Below, piece by piece: positions 1 to 9,200 of a stretch of 12,578 nucleotides of DNA. The notes below the pieces were generated by a model, which was not told the origin of the DNA, made no database searches, and was given only the letters and a program-made list of their open reading frames with translations. This DNA is from Thermotogota bacterium (GTDB taxonomy: Bacteria; Thermotogota; Thermotogae; Petrotogales; Kosmotogaceae): NCBI GenBank assembly GCA_034660555.1, contig JAYEJL010000087.1, forward strand, positions 1-12,578, read 5' to 3'. The position numbers were made by a program, and so were the translations under genes. Within the stretch, counting starts at the first letter, position 1. Each line of letters begins with the position of its first letter.

Positions 1-4
1 GCAA

Positions 5-10
5 CCTCCT
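5..10 (-). promoter_or_regulatory. Probable Shine-Dalgarno (AGGAGG) of a divergent gene starting just outside the window
   Basis: CCTCCT at 5-10 reads AGGAGG on the minus strand at the window edge; the start codon is not visible. Confidence 0.4.
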
Positions 11-214
11 CTTTCCCTTCTTGCATTAACTGACACTCTTGTGATAAATAGAGAATAAAACAACACGAAAAATATTTTGTAGTTTGAAATTTCCCAGCAT
101 CTTTTGAATGCTGCGATAAAACTCTGCAAATAACTAGAGTTATGTCCTTCTTATTATGAAATTAAGAGTTTATACTCAATTTACTTCAGTAATCTTCTGG
201 CACATTTATTTTAT

Positions 215-246
215 TTGAAAAACAAAGCAAAAAATGATATTATAAT
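215..246 (+). promoter_or_regulatory. Sigma70-type promoter of the DtxR/MntR-family gene
   Basis: TTGAAA (215-220), 17-bp spacer, TATTAT (238-243) with extended -10 TG (235-236); overlapping TATAAT at 241-246; RBS AAGGAG at 269-274. Confidence 0.6.
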
Positions 247-247
247 A

Positions 248-263
248 GTTAGCTATGACTAAC
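248..263. promoter_or_regulatory. Putative DtxR/MntR operator 1 (GTTAG-ctatga-CTAAC)
   Basis: Perfect 5-bp inverted repeat with 6-bp spacer directly after the -10 box. The same half-sites recur at 794-809 and resemble DtxR-family TTAG...CTAA boxes. Confidence 0.75.
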
Positions 264-282
264 ATTTTAAGGAGTATAAAAT

Positions 283-771
283 ATGCAGAGCGTTTCTGAC
301 AAATTAACAGAAAGTATGGAAGATTATCTCGAAGCAATAGTTGTTCTCACAAATAAAGGAAAACCAGTAAAGGTAACCGATATCAGTAATATGTTAGATG
401 TTAAAAAACCGAGCGTTACTTCTGCTCTGAAGAAATTATCTGAAGCTAATCTTGTTAAACACGAAAAGTATGGCGATGTATCATTTACTGAAGAAGGAAA
501 AAGAATTGGCCATGAAGTTTATAAAAGGCATCGTACACTAAGGCGCTTTTTAACAGAAATACTAAAAGTAGATCAGGGACATGCTGATACCGATGCTTGT
601 AGGATGGAGCATGTAATAAGTAAAACAAGTCTTGAAAAGTTAACGAAATTTCTCGACTTTGTTCTTAATTGTCCACGAGGAAACGCAGAATGGTTAAAAG
701 GTTTAGATTATTATTTTAAACATGGAAAACGTAATAAGAAACTTTTGAAAAAGTGTAGTAGAAAAGAATAA
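283..771 (+). CDS. DtxR/MntR-family metal-dependent transcriptional repressor
   Basis: N-terminal SMEDYLEAI, wHTH (V.DIS..L.VKKPSVTSALKKL), HEKYG, and dimerisation/metal-site motifs RHRTLRRFL and DACRMEHVIS. No C-terminal SH3/FeoA domain. Good RBS; adjacent to a feo operon. Confidence 0.95.
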   Translation: MQSVSDKLTESMEDYLEAIVVLTNKGKPVKVTDISNMLDVKKPSVTSALKKLSEANLVKHEKYGDVSFTEEGKRIGHEVYKRHRTLRRFLTEILKVDQGHADTDACRMEHVISKTSLEKLTKFLDFVLNCPRGNAEWLKGLDYYFKHGKRNKKLLKKCSRKE

Positions 772-793
772 AACTTATTTTTTTTGTTTTAAT

Positions 794-809
794 GTTAGAC
801 AAAACTAAC
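794..809. promoter_or_regulatory. Putative DtxR/MntR operator 2 (GTTAG-acaaaa-CTAAC) upstream of feoA
   Basis: Same half-sites and spacing as 248-263; located in the regulator-feoA intergenic region. Confidence 0.75.
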
Positions 810-951
810 GTTCTTAACAAATTGTATGAAAAGGAAAAATCATAAACAACGAACAATATCCATAAAGTGCTGTTCAGGTTATCCGTAACCAATGTTAATT
901 TTTACTGTTTGTAAAAGGTTATTTTTAATAAAAAAATTAAGGAGGTAATCC

Positions 952-1188
952 ATGGCTGTAAAAATGCTTAGTGAACTTAAAAACGGTGAAAAAGGAAAAA
1001 TAATCAAAATCGGTGGAAAAGGCAATATTCATAAGAGATTACTTGACATGGGACTTGTTTCAGGAAGCGAGGTAACTGTTCAAAGAAAAGCACCGCTGGG
1101 TGATCCAATAGAAATTAGAGTTAAAGGGTATTACCTTTCACTTCGTAAAGATGAAGCGTCAAGTATTCAGGTGGAGATATCATCATGA
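952..1188 (+). CDS. feoA: Ferrous iron transport protein A
   Basis: 78 aa; RLLDMGL..G..V.V.RKAPLGDPIEIRVKGY.LSLRK.EA is the FeoA signature; RBS AGGAGG at 940-945. Confidence 0.95.
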   Translation: MAVKMLSELKNGEKGKIIKIGGKGNIHKRLLDMGLVSGSEVTVQRKAPLGDPIEIRVKGYYLSLRKDEASSIQVEISS

Positions 1189-1427
1189 ATGAACACACCA
1201 TGCCACTGGCAATGGCGAGACCGGGCGAAACGTTAAAAGTTGTCGGCTTACGGGGAGGCTGGGGTATCCATAAAAGACTAACAGATATGGGACTCACCTC
1301 CGGTGTGCATATAAGAGTTATTAATAGTCAGATGCCCGGACCGGTTGTTATTGAACTTAGAGGCTCAAGAGTAGCTTTAGGTAGAGGTATTGCTCAAAGA
1401 GTAATGGTAACTTCAAAGAGCATGTGA
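1185..1427 (+). CDS. feoA: Ferrous iron transport protein A, second paralogue
   Basis: 80 aa; RLTDMGL..G..IRVI....GPVVIELRGSRVALGRGIA; ATGA overlap with the first feoA and GGAG RBS. Confidence 0.93.
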   Translation: MNEHTMPLAMARPGETLKVVGLRGGWGIHKRLTDMGLTSGVHIRVINSQMPGPVVIELRGSRVALGRGIAQRVMVTSKSM

Positions 1428-1439
1428 GGTAACTGTAAA

Positions 1440-1490
1440 ATGTGCGATAGTACAATATTTGGAAGCTTATTTAAAGGGGGAAAGAAGTAA
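1440..1490 (+). CDS. Possible 16-aa micro-ORF MCDSTIFGSLFKGGKK between feoA2 and feoB
   Basis: GAGGT (1426-1430) 9 nt before ATG 1440; TAA (1488-1490) directly abuts and is in frame with the feoB ATG at 1491. Confidence 0.35.
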   Translation: MCDSTIFGSLFKGGKK

Positions 1491-2180
1491 ATGAGTGAAG
1501 AAATAATAGTAGCGCTTGCCGGTAATCCAAACTCAGGTAAGACCACATTATTTAACAATTTAACAGGGTCACGACAGCATGTTGGTAACTGGCCCGGTGT
1601 GACTGTTGAGAAAAAAGAAGGGAGATGCAACTACGAAGGTTACAATATCAGGGTGATTGATCTACCGGGTGTTTACAGTCTCACAGCATATTCACCTGAT
1701 GAAATTGTCGCACGAAATTTTATTGTTGAAGATAAACCAGACGTGGTCGTAAACATAGTTGACGCTTCAAATTTAGAGCGCAACCTTTATCTTACTGTAC
1801 AAATTCTTGAAATGCAGGCACCATTGATAATCGCCTTAAATATGCTGGATATTGCTAAATCCAGGCAATATGATATAGACATTGAGCGGCTTTCAGATGA
1901 AATGGGATCAACGGTTGTTCCAATGGTAGCTACCCGCAATCATGGAACAAAAAAGTTACTTGAAGAAATTGTAAAAGAATTTAAGAGAAAAGATGACCGA
2001 AAGAAAATTAAACTTCATTACGGTAGAGAAATAGAAAAGCACATAAAAGAACTGGAAAATCTTATTTCTCGTGACAAAGAACTTTCAAAACGTTATCCAC
2101 CCAGATGGCTGGCAATAAAACTTCTTGAAGAAGATAATGAAGTTTTGAAGAAGTTAGGAGAGATAAATAATGAATACTGA
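1491..2180 (+). CDS. feoB: FeoB N-terminal GTPase/helical domain (split feoB, part 1)
   Basis: G1 GNPNSGKT, G2 [10 protein letters not shown]3 DLPG, G4 [15 protein letters not shown], and helical-domain RWLAIKLLE. Confidence 0.93.
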   Translation: MSEEIIVALAGNPNSGKTTLFNNLTGSRQHVGNWPGVTVEKKEGRCNYEGYNIRVIDLPGVYSLTAYSPDEIVARNFIVEDKPDVVVNIVDASNLERNLYLTVQILEMQAPLIIALNMLDIAKSRQYDIDIERLSDEMGSTVVPMVATRNHGTKKLLEEIVKEFKRKDDRKKIKLHYGREIEKHIKELENLISRDKELSKRYPPRWLAIKLLEEDNEVLKKLGEINNEY

Positions 2181-3510
2181 AGAGATACTAAAAGCAAAGG
2201 ACAGGAGCGTTAATCATCTTAGAACGGTTTTGGGAGAAGATTCGGAAACAGCTATTGCTGATGCCAGATATGGTTTTATTCACGGATTGCTTAATGATGT
2301 AATAAAAAAGCCAGAATACGAGCAACCTACATTCTCCGATAAAATTGACAGAATTGTTGTGAATCGCTGGTTAGGTATCCCACTGTTCTTAGTAATTATA
2401 TACGGTGTGTTTCAACTCGTGTTTAGCCTGTCGGAACCATTTATGAGCTGGATCGAAAGCCTTTTTGGATGGCTTGGTTCTCAAGCATCAAATGTTTCAC
2501 CCGACTGGCTCGGTTCCTTTCTGGCTGATGGTGTGATTGAGGGAATCGGTGCTGTTCTTGTATTCATCCCTCCAATATTCTTGCTATTTATTGCGGTTTC
2601 AATTCTGGAAGATTCAGGTTATATGGCCAGAGCAGCTTTTGTTATGGATAGAGTAATGCACAAAATAGGTTTACACGGTCGTTCTTTTATTCCATTGATT
2701 TTGGGTTTTGGTTGTAACGTACCCGGTATTATGGCTTGCAGAACCATAGAGAACCGTGAAGATCGGTTAACTACAATTTTAATCAATCCATTTATGTCCT
2801 GCGGAGCCAGACTTCCAATTTATGTTCTCTTTGCAGGTGCATTTTTCGCAAAGTATCAGGGTCTCGTTATTTTCTCCATGTATATTATTGGGATAATTAT
2901 AGCTATAATCACAGCCCTAATACTTCGTAAAACCATTCTAAAAGGGCCAAGTGCACATTTTGTTATGGAGTTACCTCCTTATCGTTTGCCCACGATTATT
3001 GGCATATTGACACACATGTGGGAACGTGGCAGGCTGTTTTTAAGGAAAGCAGGAACAATTATTTTTGGAGCAGTTATTCTGGTATGGCTTCTTAGCAGTT
3101 TACCTTGGGGAGTAGAATATGCGAGTGCTGAAAGTCTTATTGGCAGAATCGGTAGTTTCATTGCACCGATATTTTCTTTTAGTGGCTTTGGACAATGGCA
3201 GGCTAGCGTAAGCCTTATTTTTGGTTTGATAGCAAAAGAAGTTGTTGTCGGTACAATGGGCACACTATTTGCTGCTGAAGGAGAAATATTGGGTGGCACA
3301 ATAGCAACCGAACTTGGATGGACTTCACTCAATGCATATGCGTTTATGGTTTTTACCGCGCTATACATACCATGTGTAGCGGCTATTGGAGCGATCAGGG
3401 CAGAAACAAAATCCTGGAAATGGACAGGTTTTTCAATATTGTACTCAACGGGAGTTGCCTGGTTACTTGCCACATTAATTTTCCAGATAGGCAGATTATT
3501 CACAGGTTAA
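2170..3510 (+). CDS. feoB: FeoB membrane (Gate/FeoB_C) domain (split feoB, part 2)
   Basis: [66 protein letters not shown]; many TM segments; own RBS AGGAG (2156-2160). Confidence 0.93.
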   Translation: MNTEEILKAKDRSVNHLRTVLGEDSETAIADARYGFIHGLLNDVIKKPEYEQPTFSDKIDRIVVNRWLGIPLFLVIIYGVFQLVFSLSEPFMSWIESLFGWLGSQASNVSPDWLGSFLADGVIEGIGAVLVFIPPIFLLFIAVSILEDSGYMARAAFVMDRVMHKIGLHGRSFIPLILGFGCNVPGIMACRTIENREDRLTTILINPFMSCGARLPIYVLFAGAFFAKYQGLVIFSMYIIGIIIAIITALILRKTILKGPSAHFVMELPPYRLPTIIGILTHMWERGRLFLRKAGTIIFGAVILVWLLSSLPWGVEYASAESLIGRIGSFIAPIFSFSGFGQWQASVSLIFGLIAKEVVVGTMGTLFAAEGEILGGTIATELGWTSLNAYAFMVFTALYIPCVAAIGAIRAETKSWKWTGFSILYSTGVAWLLATLIFQIGRLFTG

Positions 3511-3636
3511 AGAATTACAATATTTAAACAGAAACCTGGTAAATATAACTGAACAAAACAATTTATCTTTATATATATAGTTTTGTTTCTTTCCCTTCCA
3601 TATGAGAAAATAAGAGCATGATAAGGAGGGATAAAA

Positions 3637-5589
3637 ATGTTGAAAAGAGTGTTAAGTTTCATATTAATTTCAATGCTGGTTTTGGTAGCAGGAACGACAG
3701 TTCTTGCTAATAGTGAGGGAGATTGGCTTCATTTTACAATACTTCACACAAACGATGAGCATTCTTCCTTGATACCACATTCTCCAGCAATAGATCACTT
3801 ATCTAGTGTTGGCGACGATCCAACGGTTGGCGGTTTTGCTCGTGTAGCAACTGTCATAGATGAAATTCGTTCAGAAAAAATCAATGAGAACGAACCCGTT
3901 CTTGTATTCAATGCGGGAGATTTTCTTGGGGGCAGTGCTTTTGGCTGGCTTGCACCAGCTGGGTATGCTGCAGAACTAACTCTTTTACAGGAAATGGGAT
4001 ATGATGCTGTAACTATTGGTAATCATGAATATGACTATGGAACAGAAGTGCTTGCTGAATATTTTATGACTGCAGGTTATCCAAAAGCAAATGAAAAAAC
4101 TATAGTAATTGCCTCAAATACAAAACCGCCGGAAGATCATCCTTTGGCTGAGAAAGAGATAATACACGAAACCAATATTTTCGAATTGGGAAATGGTATA
4201 AAAGTTGGCGTATTTGGTTTACTCGGTATCGATGCTGAATTGGTAACATACGATACAGGTGAATTTGTTTTTCTTGATAGAGTAGAAACCGCTAAGAAAA
4301 TGGTAGAAAAACTTAATTCTCAGAGCGTGGATGTAATAGTGCTTTTAAGCCATTCAGGAGTAAAAGAAGATGTAGAATTAGCAAAAAATGTCGAAGGAAT
4401 AGATGTAATTGTTGGAGGTCATTGCCACACAGCTCTTTTCCAGCCAGTCATTGAAGGAGAAACAATCATTATTCAGGCTGGAGCACTCACCAGATATCTC
4501 GGACGTATTGAATTAGCTTATAATCCAGATACAGGTGAAGTAAAGCCTGATAACGATGAAAATGAGCTTTTTTTGATTCCTATTGATGGAACAATACAGC
4601 CAGATCCTGAAATTTCCATGATGATAGAAGAATACACAGATAAATTGAATCAGCTGGTAAAAGAAATGACAGGTGGACTTGTTGATGATGTTATGAAACC
4701 AATAATAAAGTCAGGTTTTCCTATTAAAGACCTTGCTTTACAGGAATCACCCGTTGGCAATTTCATCACAGACGGTATGCGAATGATTACAGAGGAGGTA
4801 ACAGGAGAACGAGTTGATGTGGCAATCATGGCCAACGGAAGCATAAGAGGTACAATTACACCTGGAACCATGCCAGTCACAAAGGGATTAATTCCTTTCT
4901 ATGAAATAGTCGAAGTCATAGGACTTGGTTATGGTGATGATGGTTATGCAGGGTATTCTATTGTTTCTGTTTACCTCACAGGCGACGAGTTGGCCAGATT
5001 ACTTGAAGTGGATGTTCTTTTAAAAGAATTGATGGGAAACACCTACTTCATTCAATTCTCTGGATTACGATACAACTACAATCCAAAAAACGCAATTTTA
5101 TTTACCATACCAATAATGGATCAACCTCTTCCATCTACCAGAGCAGTAACAAAAGGTGAAATCTATACAGGCGAGGGCATTCAACCTGCAACAGGTGATG
5201 AAGGTTATAAAGCGCTCAAAAAAGGCGATGATGAACTATATCACGTCGTCACGGACTCATATATCCTTTCATTCCTTCCCATGATTGGTGATATATTGCC
5301 AAGTCTTGAAATTGTACCAAAACACGCAGACGGAGAACCGATTGATCTATCAAATAGAGATGAATACGTGGTAAGCAAAAATGGAATGGATCTAAAGGTC
5401 TGGGAAACAGTGGTTAAGTATGCAATGGCCCAGGAAAAAGGTGAAGATGACCTTCCTGTCATGCACGATTATTATTCTGACAAAGCAGGGAGAATAAACG
5501 AAGTAAAACGTATATCATACATGCAAATTGCTGGTCTGACACTTGCGGGGATTACAGCAGCCCTTTTGATATTCTTCCTTGCAAAATAG
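3637..5589 (+). CDS. Extracytoplasmic bifunctional metallophosphatase/5'-nucleotidase (UshA/CpdB-like family) with C-terminal membrane anchor
   Basis: Signal peptide; calcineurin-like motifs HTNDEH, AGD, GNHEYD, LSH, GGHCH; C-domain ESPVGNFITD and NGSIRG; hydrophobic C-tail IAGLTLAGITAALLIFFLAK; AGGAGG RBS. Confidence 0.9.
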   Translation: MLKRVLSFILISMLVLVAGTTVLANSEGDWLHFTILHTNDEHSSLIPHSPAIDHLSSVGDDPTVGGFARVATVIDEIRSEKINENEPVLVFNAGDFLGGSAFGWLAPAGYAAELTLLQEMGYDAVTIGNHEYDYGTEVLAEYFMTAGYPKANEKTIVIASNTKPPEDHPLAEKEIIHETNIFELGNGIKVGVFGLLGIDAELVTYDTGEFVFLDRVETAKKMVEKLNSQSVDVIVLLSHSGVKEDVELAKNVEGIDVIVGGHCHTALFQPVIEGETIIIQAGALTRYLGRIELAYNPDTGEVKPDNDENELFLIPIDGTIQPDPEISMMIEEYTDKLNQLVKEMTGGLVDDVMKPIIKSGFPIKDLALQESPVGNFITDGMRMITEEVTGERVDVAIMANGSIRGTITPGTMPVTKGLIPFYEIVEVIGLGYGDDGYAGYSIVSVYLTGDELARLLEVDVLLKELMGNTYFIQFSGLRYNYNPKNAILFTIPIMDQPLPSTRAVTKGEIYTGEGIQPATGDEGYKALKKGDDELYHVVTDSYILSFLPMIGDILPSLEIVPKHADGEPIDLSNRDEYVVSKNGMDLKVWETVVKYAMAQEKGEDDLPVMHDYYSDKAGRINEVKRISYMQIAGLTLAGITAALLIFFLAK

Positions 5590-5616
5590 TGTTACATTAA
5601 TCTAATTATCTTTAGT

Positions 5617-5649
5617 AAAAAAACCGCTCTATAAAAGGGCGGTTTTTTT
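5617..5649. terminator. Bidirectional intrinsic terminator
   Basis: AAAAAAA-CCGCTCT-ataaa-AGGGCGG-TTTTTTT between convergent genes. Confidence 0.85.
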
Positions 5650-5754
5650 AAATATTTCATGTATTATGCTACTATTAGGATTATTTACTTTTGATGAACC
5701 ATAGTTTAAGCATTTCAGCAATATTTATGGCAATAAATTGAAGGACCTTTAAAG

Positions 5755-6063
5755 TTATTTCCTTTCTAATTCTTTCATGTACATTTTTGCATCTTCTATT
5801 GTTCTGAAGGACTTCTGTAAATTTCTGCGACTGAACAATTTGCCGTTATTATCTTGAATAACGAAAATGCAAAAAATATCCTTGTAGTTTCCATCTTCGC
5901 CCTGGCTCATTTCAACATACAAGCCATTATTCAAATCGTAATAGTCCGTATATAATAACTCTCCACTTATTTTTCTGAAAAACCTTTCCGACAACGATTT
6001 AGGCTTTTCACCTTGTTGTTTTTTGTAAACCTCGTTGAAAATAACCTTCGCTTTCTCGTCCAT
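5755..6063 (-). CDS. Hypothetical protein, ~102 aa (MDEKAKVIFNEVYKKQ...MKELERK)
   Basis: Part of ORF 5755..6117; GAGGG SD-like sequence just before ATG at 6063 favours that start; converges on the terminator; no recognisable motif. Confidence 0.6.
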   Translation of the reverse strand: MDEKAKVIFNEVYKKQQGEKPKSLSERFFRKISGELLYTDYYDLNNGLYVEMSQGEDGNYKDIFCIFVIQDNNGKLFSRRNLQKSFRTIEDAKMYMKELERK

Positions 6064-6179
6064 CCTAACCCTCTTTTTCTTTTGTCCATTAAACAGACAA
6101 TTTAAAGAATATTGCATCTATATTCTAATATATAAACCAATGCCAAATAAAATTATGTTCAGTAAAAATCACATATATT

Positions 6180-6276
6180 GAAAAACAGTTATTGAAGAAA
6201 AAAACAATACCCAAGAGAGGTAAGGCGTTAGTTACTTATGGCCCTGGGGACAATGAACTATTGTTTTATACATGGG
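6180..6276 (+). repeat. Structured ~95-bp non-coding element, copy 1 (direct repeat with 9643-9744)
   Basis: Core 6200-6249 matches 9664-9713 at 46/50 positions, with gapped similarity continuing on both sides; contains nested inverted repeats. Confidence 0.9.
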
Positions 6277-9200
6277 ATTCAGGTCATTTTTACAGCAGGT
6301 ACTTGACACAACCAATTATATTAATAAAATTACTTATATTGGACACGATAAAGACCTAAATATCAACATATATGAGATCGATCATGAAAGCGAGCATGAC
6401 CCAAGAGTATCTTTAACAAAAGAAACATTTCGATTGATGGCAGAACTAAACCACAGTAAATCTTTAGCAGTCTTCAAATCAAGAAATTCTGATAATTACA
6501 GGTTCTCTTTTATCTCAGTGGATCTAAAAGAAAAAGAAGGCAAAGTTGTCAAAGAATTCTCAAATCCACGACGTTACTCATTCTTTCTAGGTCCTCAAGC
6601 GAAGATTCATACTCCTGAGCAGTTTTTAAGAAAAAAAGGAAGAGTTAAAAGCCTTGAAGATCTTGAAAATAGATTTTCAGTTGAAGTGGTAAACAAAGAA
6701 TTCTACAAAAATATCGCAATAAAGTTTACAGAACTAGTTGGTGGAACAAGAGTATATAATGGTAAACAAACAGATTTTGAGCCAGCTTTAAAAATGCCAG
6801 GAAATCCTTCACATAAAACCATGCAAGAATTTGGAGTCCGTTTAATTGGAAGAATAGTTTTTTGCTGGTTCTTAAAAAAGAAAGTATCATACGATAATAC
6901 ACCGCTAATACCAAATGATTTGCTTAATAAAAAAACAGCTCAAAAAGAGCTTTCTTTCGGATATTATCATAATGTTTTAGAACCATTATTCTTCGAAACA
7001 TTAAATACTCCCATGGATGAAAGAAGTTACGAGTTTTTCAATTATATTCATGATGACTTGCACTCATTGTTTAGGTCAGTTCCATTCCTTAATGGTGGAC
7101 TATTCGAGCCAAATAGATATGATTTCTACGATTCAAAAGATGGAATATCTAATTATTTAAATACACTTAATATACCAGATAAATGGTTTGTTGATTTGTT
7201 TGAAATACTTGAACTTTTTAACTTCACAATTGATGAAGCAACTGATTACGATATTGAACTTTCAGTAGATCCAGAAATGTTAGGAAGAATCCTTGAGAAT
7301 CTTCTTGCTGAGATAAATCCTGAATCACAAAAAACAGCAAGAAAAATGACAGGAAGCTACTATACTCCAAGAGAAATAGTTGATTTCATGGTTAAAGAGA
7401 GTCTTAAGGAATACTTGAGTTCAGAAACAGGCATTGATACTAAAAAAATCGAGCAACTATTAACTCTTGAAACAGATCCTGAATTAAGACTTGAAGAAAA
7501 AAAGAACTTAATTGATACTATTGATTCAATGAAAGTAATTGACCCTGCATGTGGTTCTGGTGCTTTCCCTATGGGAATTTTGAATAAACTCTTAATGATA
7601 TTAGATAAAGTTGATCCAAAAAATACTCTTTGGTTAGAAAAGCAACTAAATATCAGCGATCCTATATTAAAGCATGAAGTAACCCAAAGCCTTGAAAACG
7701 AAAACAAAGAATATATTAGAAAACTAAGTCTTATTCAAAAGGTCATTTATGGAGTAGATAATCAGGAAATGGCTATTGATATGGCTAAATTAAGGGTATT
7801 TCTTTCACTGGTCGTTGATTCAAGATTAGAAAATAAAAAAGAAAACAGAGGCTTAAAACCCTTGCCAAACCTCGATTTTAAATTTGTATGCGCAGATACT
7901 TTGATTGATTATAATAGAGAATCAAGTACTAAAACTTCACTTGGATATAATTTGAATAAAATAGATAAATTAGAACAATTAAGAGAAGAATATTTTACTT
8001 CATCAGGAAAGCAGAAAGAAAGAATTCAAAAGGAATTTTTAGAGACACAAAAACAAATCTTTACTAGTGCTGATCAATGGGGACTTGCGAATGATTACAT
8101 TAGCAAAATTATTTCTTGGAATCCATTCAGCTATAAACCAAGTAGCTGGTATAATCCAAAATGGATGTTTAATGTAAAAAGTTTTGATATAGTGATTGGA
8201 AATCCACCTTATATTCAGTTGCAGAAAAATCATGGGGGATTAGCTGATAAATATAATGATCATAAATACTTAACCTTTGCAAGAACTGGTGATATATATT
8301 GCCTTTTTTATGAAAGAGGGACACAACTCCTAAAAGAAAATGGAATTTTAACGTTTATCAGCTCAAACAAGTGGATGAGAGCTGCGTATGGGAAAAAATT
8401 AAGAGAATTCTTTATAAATGAAACTAAGCCTTTGAAATTAGTAGATTTATCTGGTTACAAAGTATTTGAATCAGCAACAGTTGACACATGTGTTGTTATT
8501 TTGCAAAAACAGAAAAATAAAAACCATAGTATGAAAGCAGTTGCTATCAAAGATGACTTCAATATAAAATCATTGAGTGATTACGTAAAAGAAAAATCTA
8601 TCAATATTTCTGAACTAACTCAAGAAAATTGGGTAATTCTATCTAATAAAGAAATGAAAATCAAGAAAAAAATAGAGAGTATAGGTAAACCTTTAAAAGA
8701 CTGGGATATCAATATATTTAGAGGTGTATTAACTGGTTATAATCCAGCATTCATTATTGATACGGAAACTAAAGAACGTCTATGCAAAGAAGACCCAAAT
8801 AGTGAGAAACTAATTAAACCAATTTTACGTGGTAAGGATATCAAGAGATATCAAGCAAAGTGGAAAAAATTATGGTTGATAGCAACTTTTCCAGCTTTAA
8901 AAATTAACATTGAAGATTATCCAGCTATAAAAAAACATTTACTTAGTTTTGGTAAAGAGAGATTAGCTCAAGAAGGAAAGACTTTATCAAACTGTACGAA
9001 GTCACGAAAGAAAACCGGAAATAAATGGTTTGAAACACAAGATCAAATTGGATATCACAAAGAATTTGAAAAAGAGAAAATAGTCTACCCTAACATGTCA
9101 AAATATCTACCTTTTTATCTTGATAGAAAGAAATTTTATACCAACCAGAAATGCTTTATTATAACCAATAATGAAAATCTTAGATTCTTAACAGGATTTT

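Noticed and set aside
95..141. Hairpins CAGCAT/ATGCTG (95-113) and AACTCT/AGAGTT (120-141) as a metal riboswitch
   Set aside because: They lie upstream of the predicted promoter and show no yybP-ykoY or NiCo consensus that I can recognise; an Rfam search would be needed.
6238..6306. Type I toxin-like peptide from the ATG inside the repeat
   Set aside because: Copy 1 gives 22 aa and copy 2 (9702) only 6 aa; the frame is not conserved.
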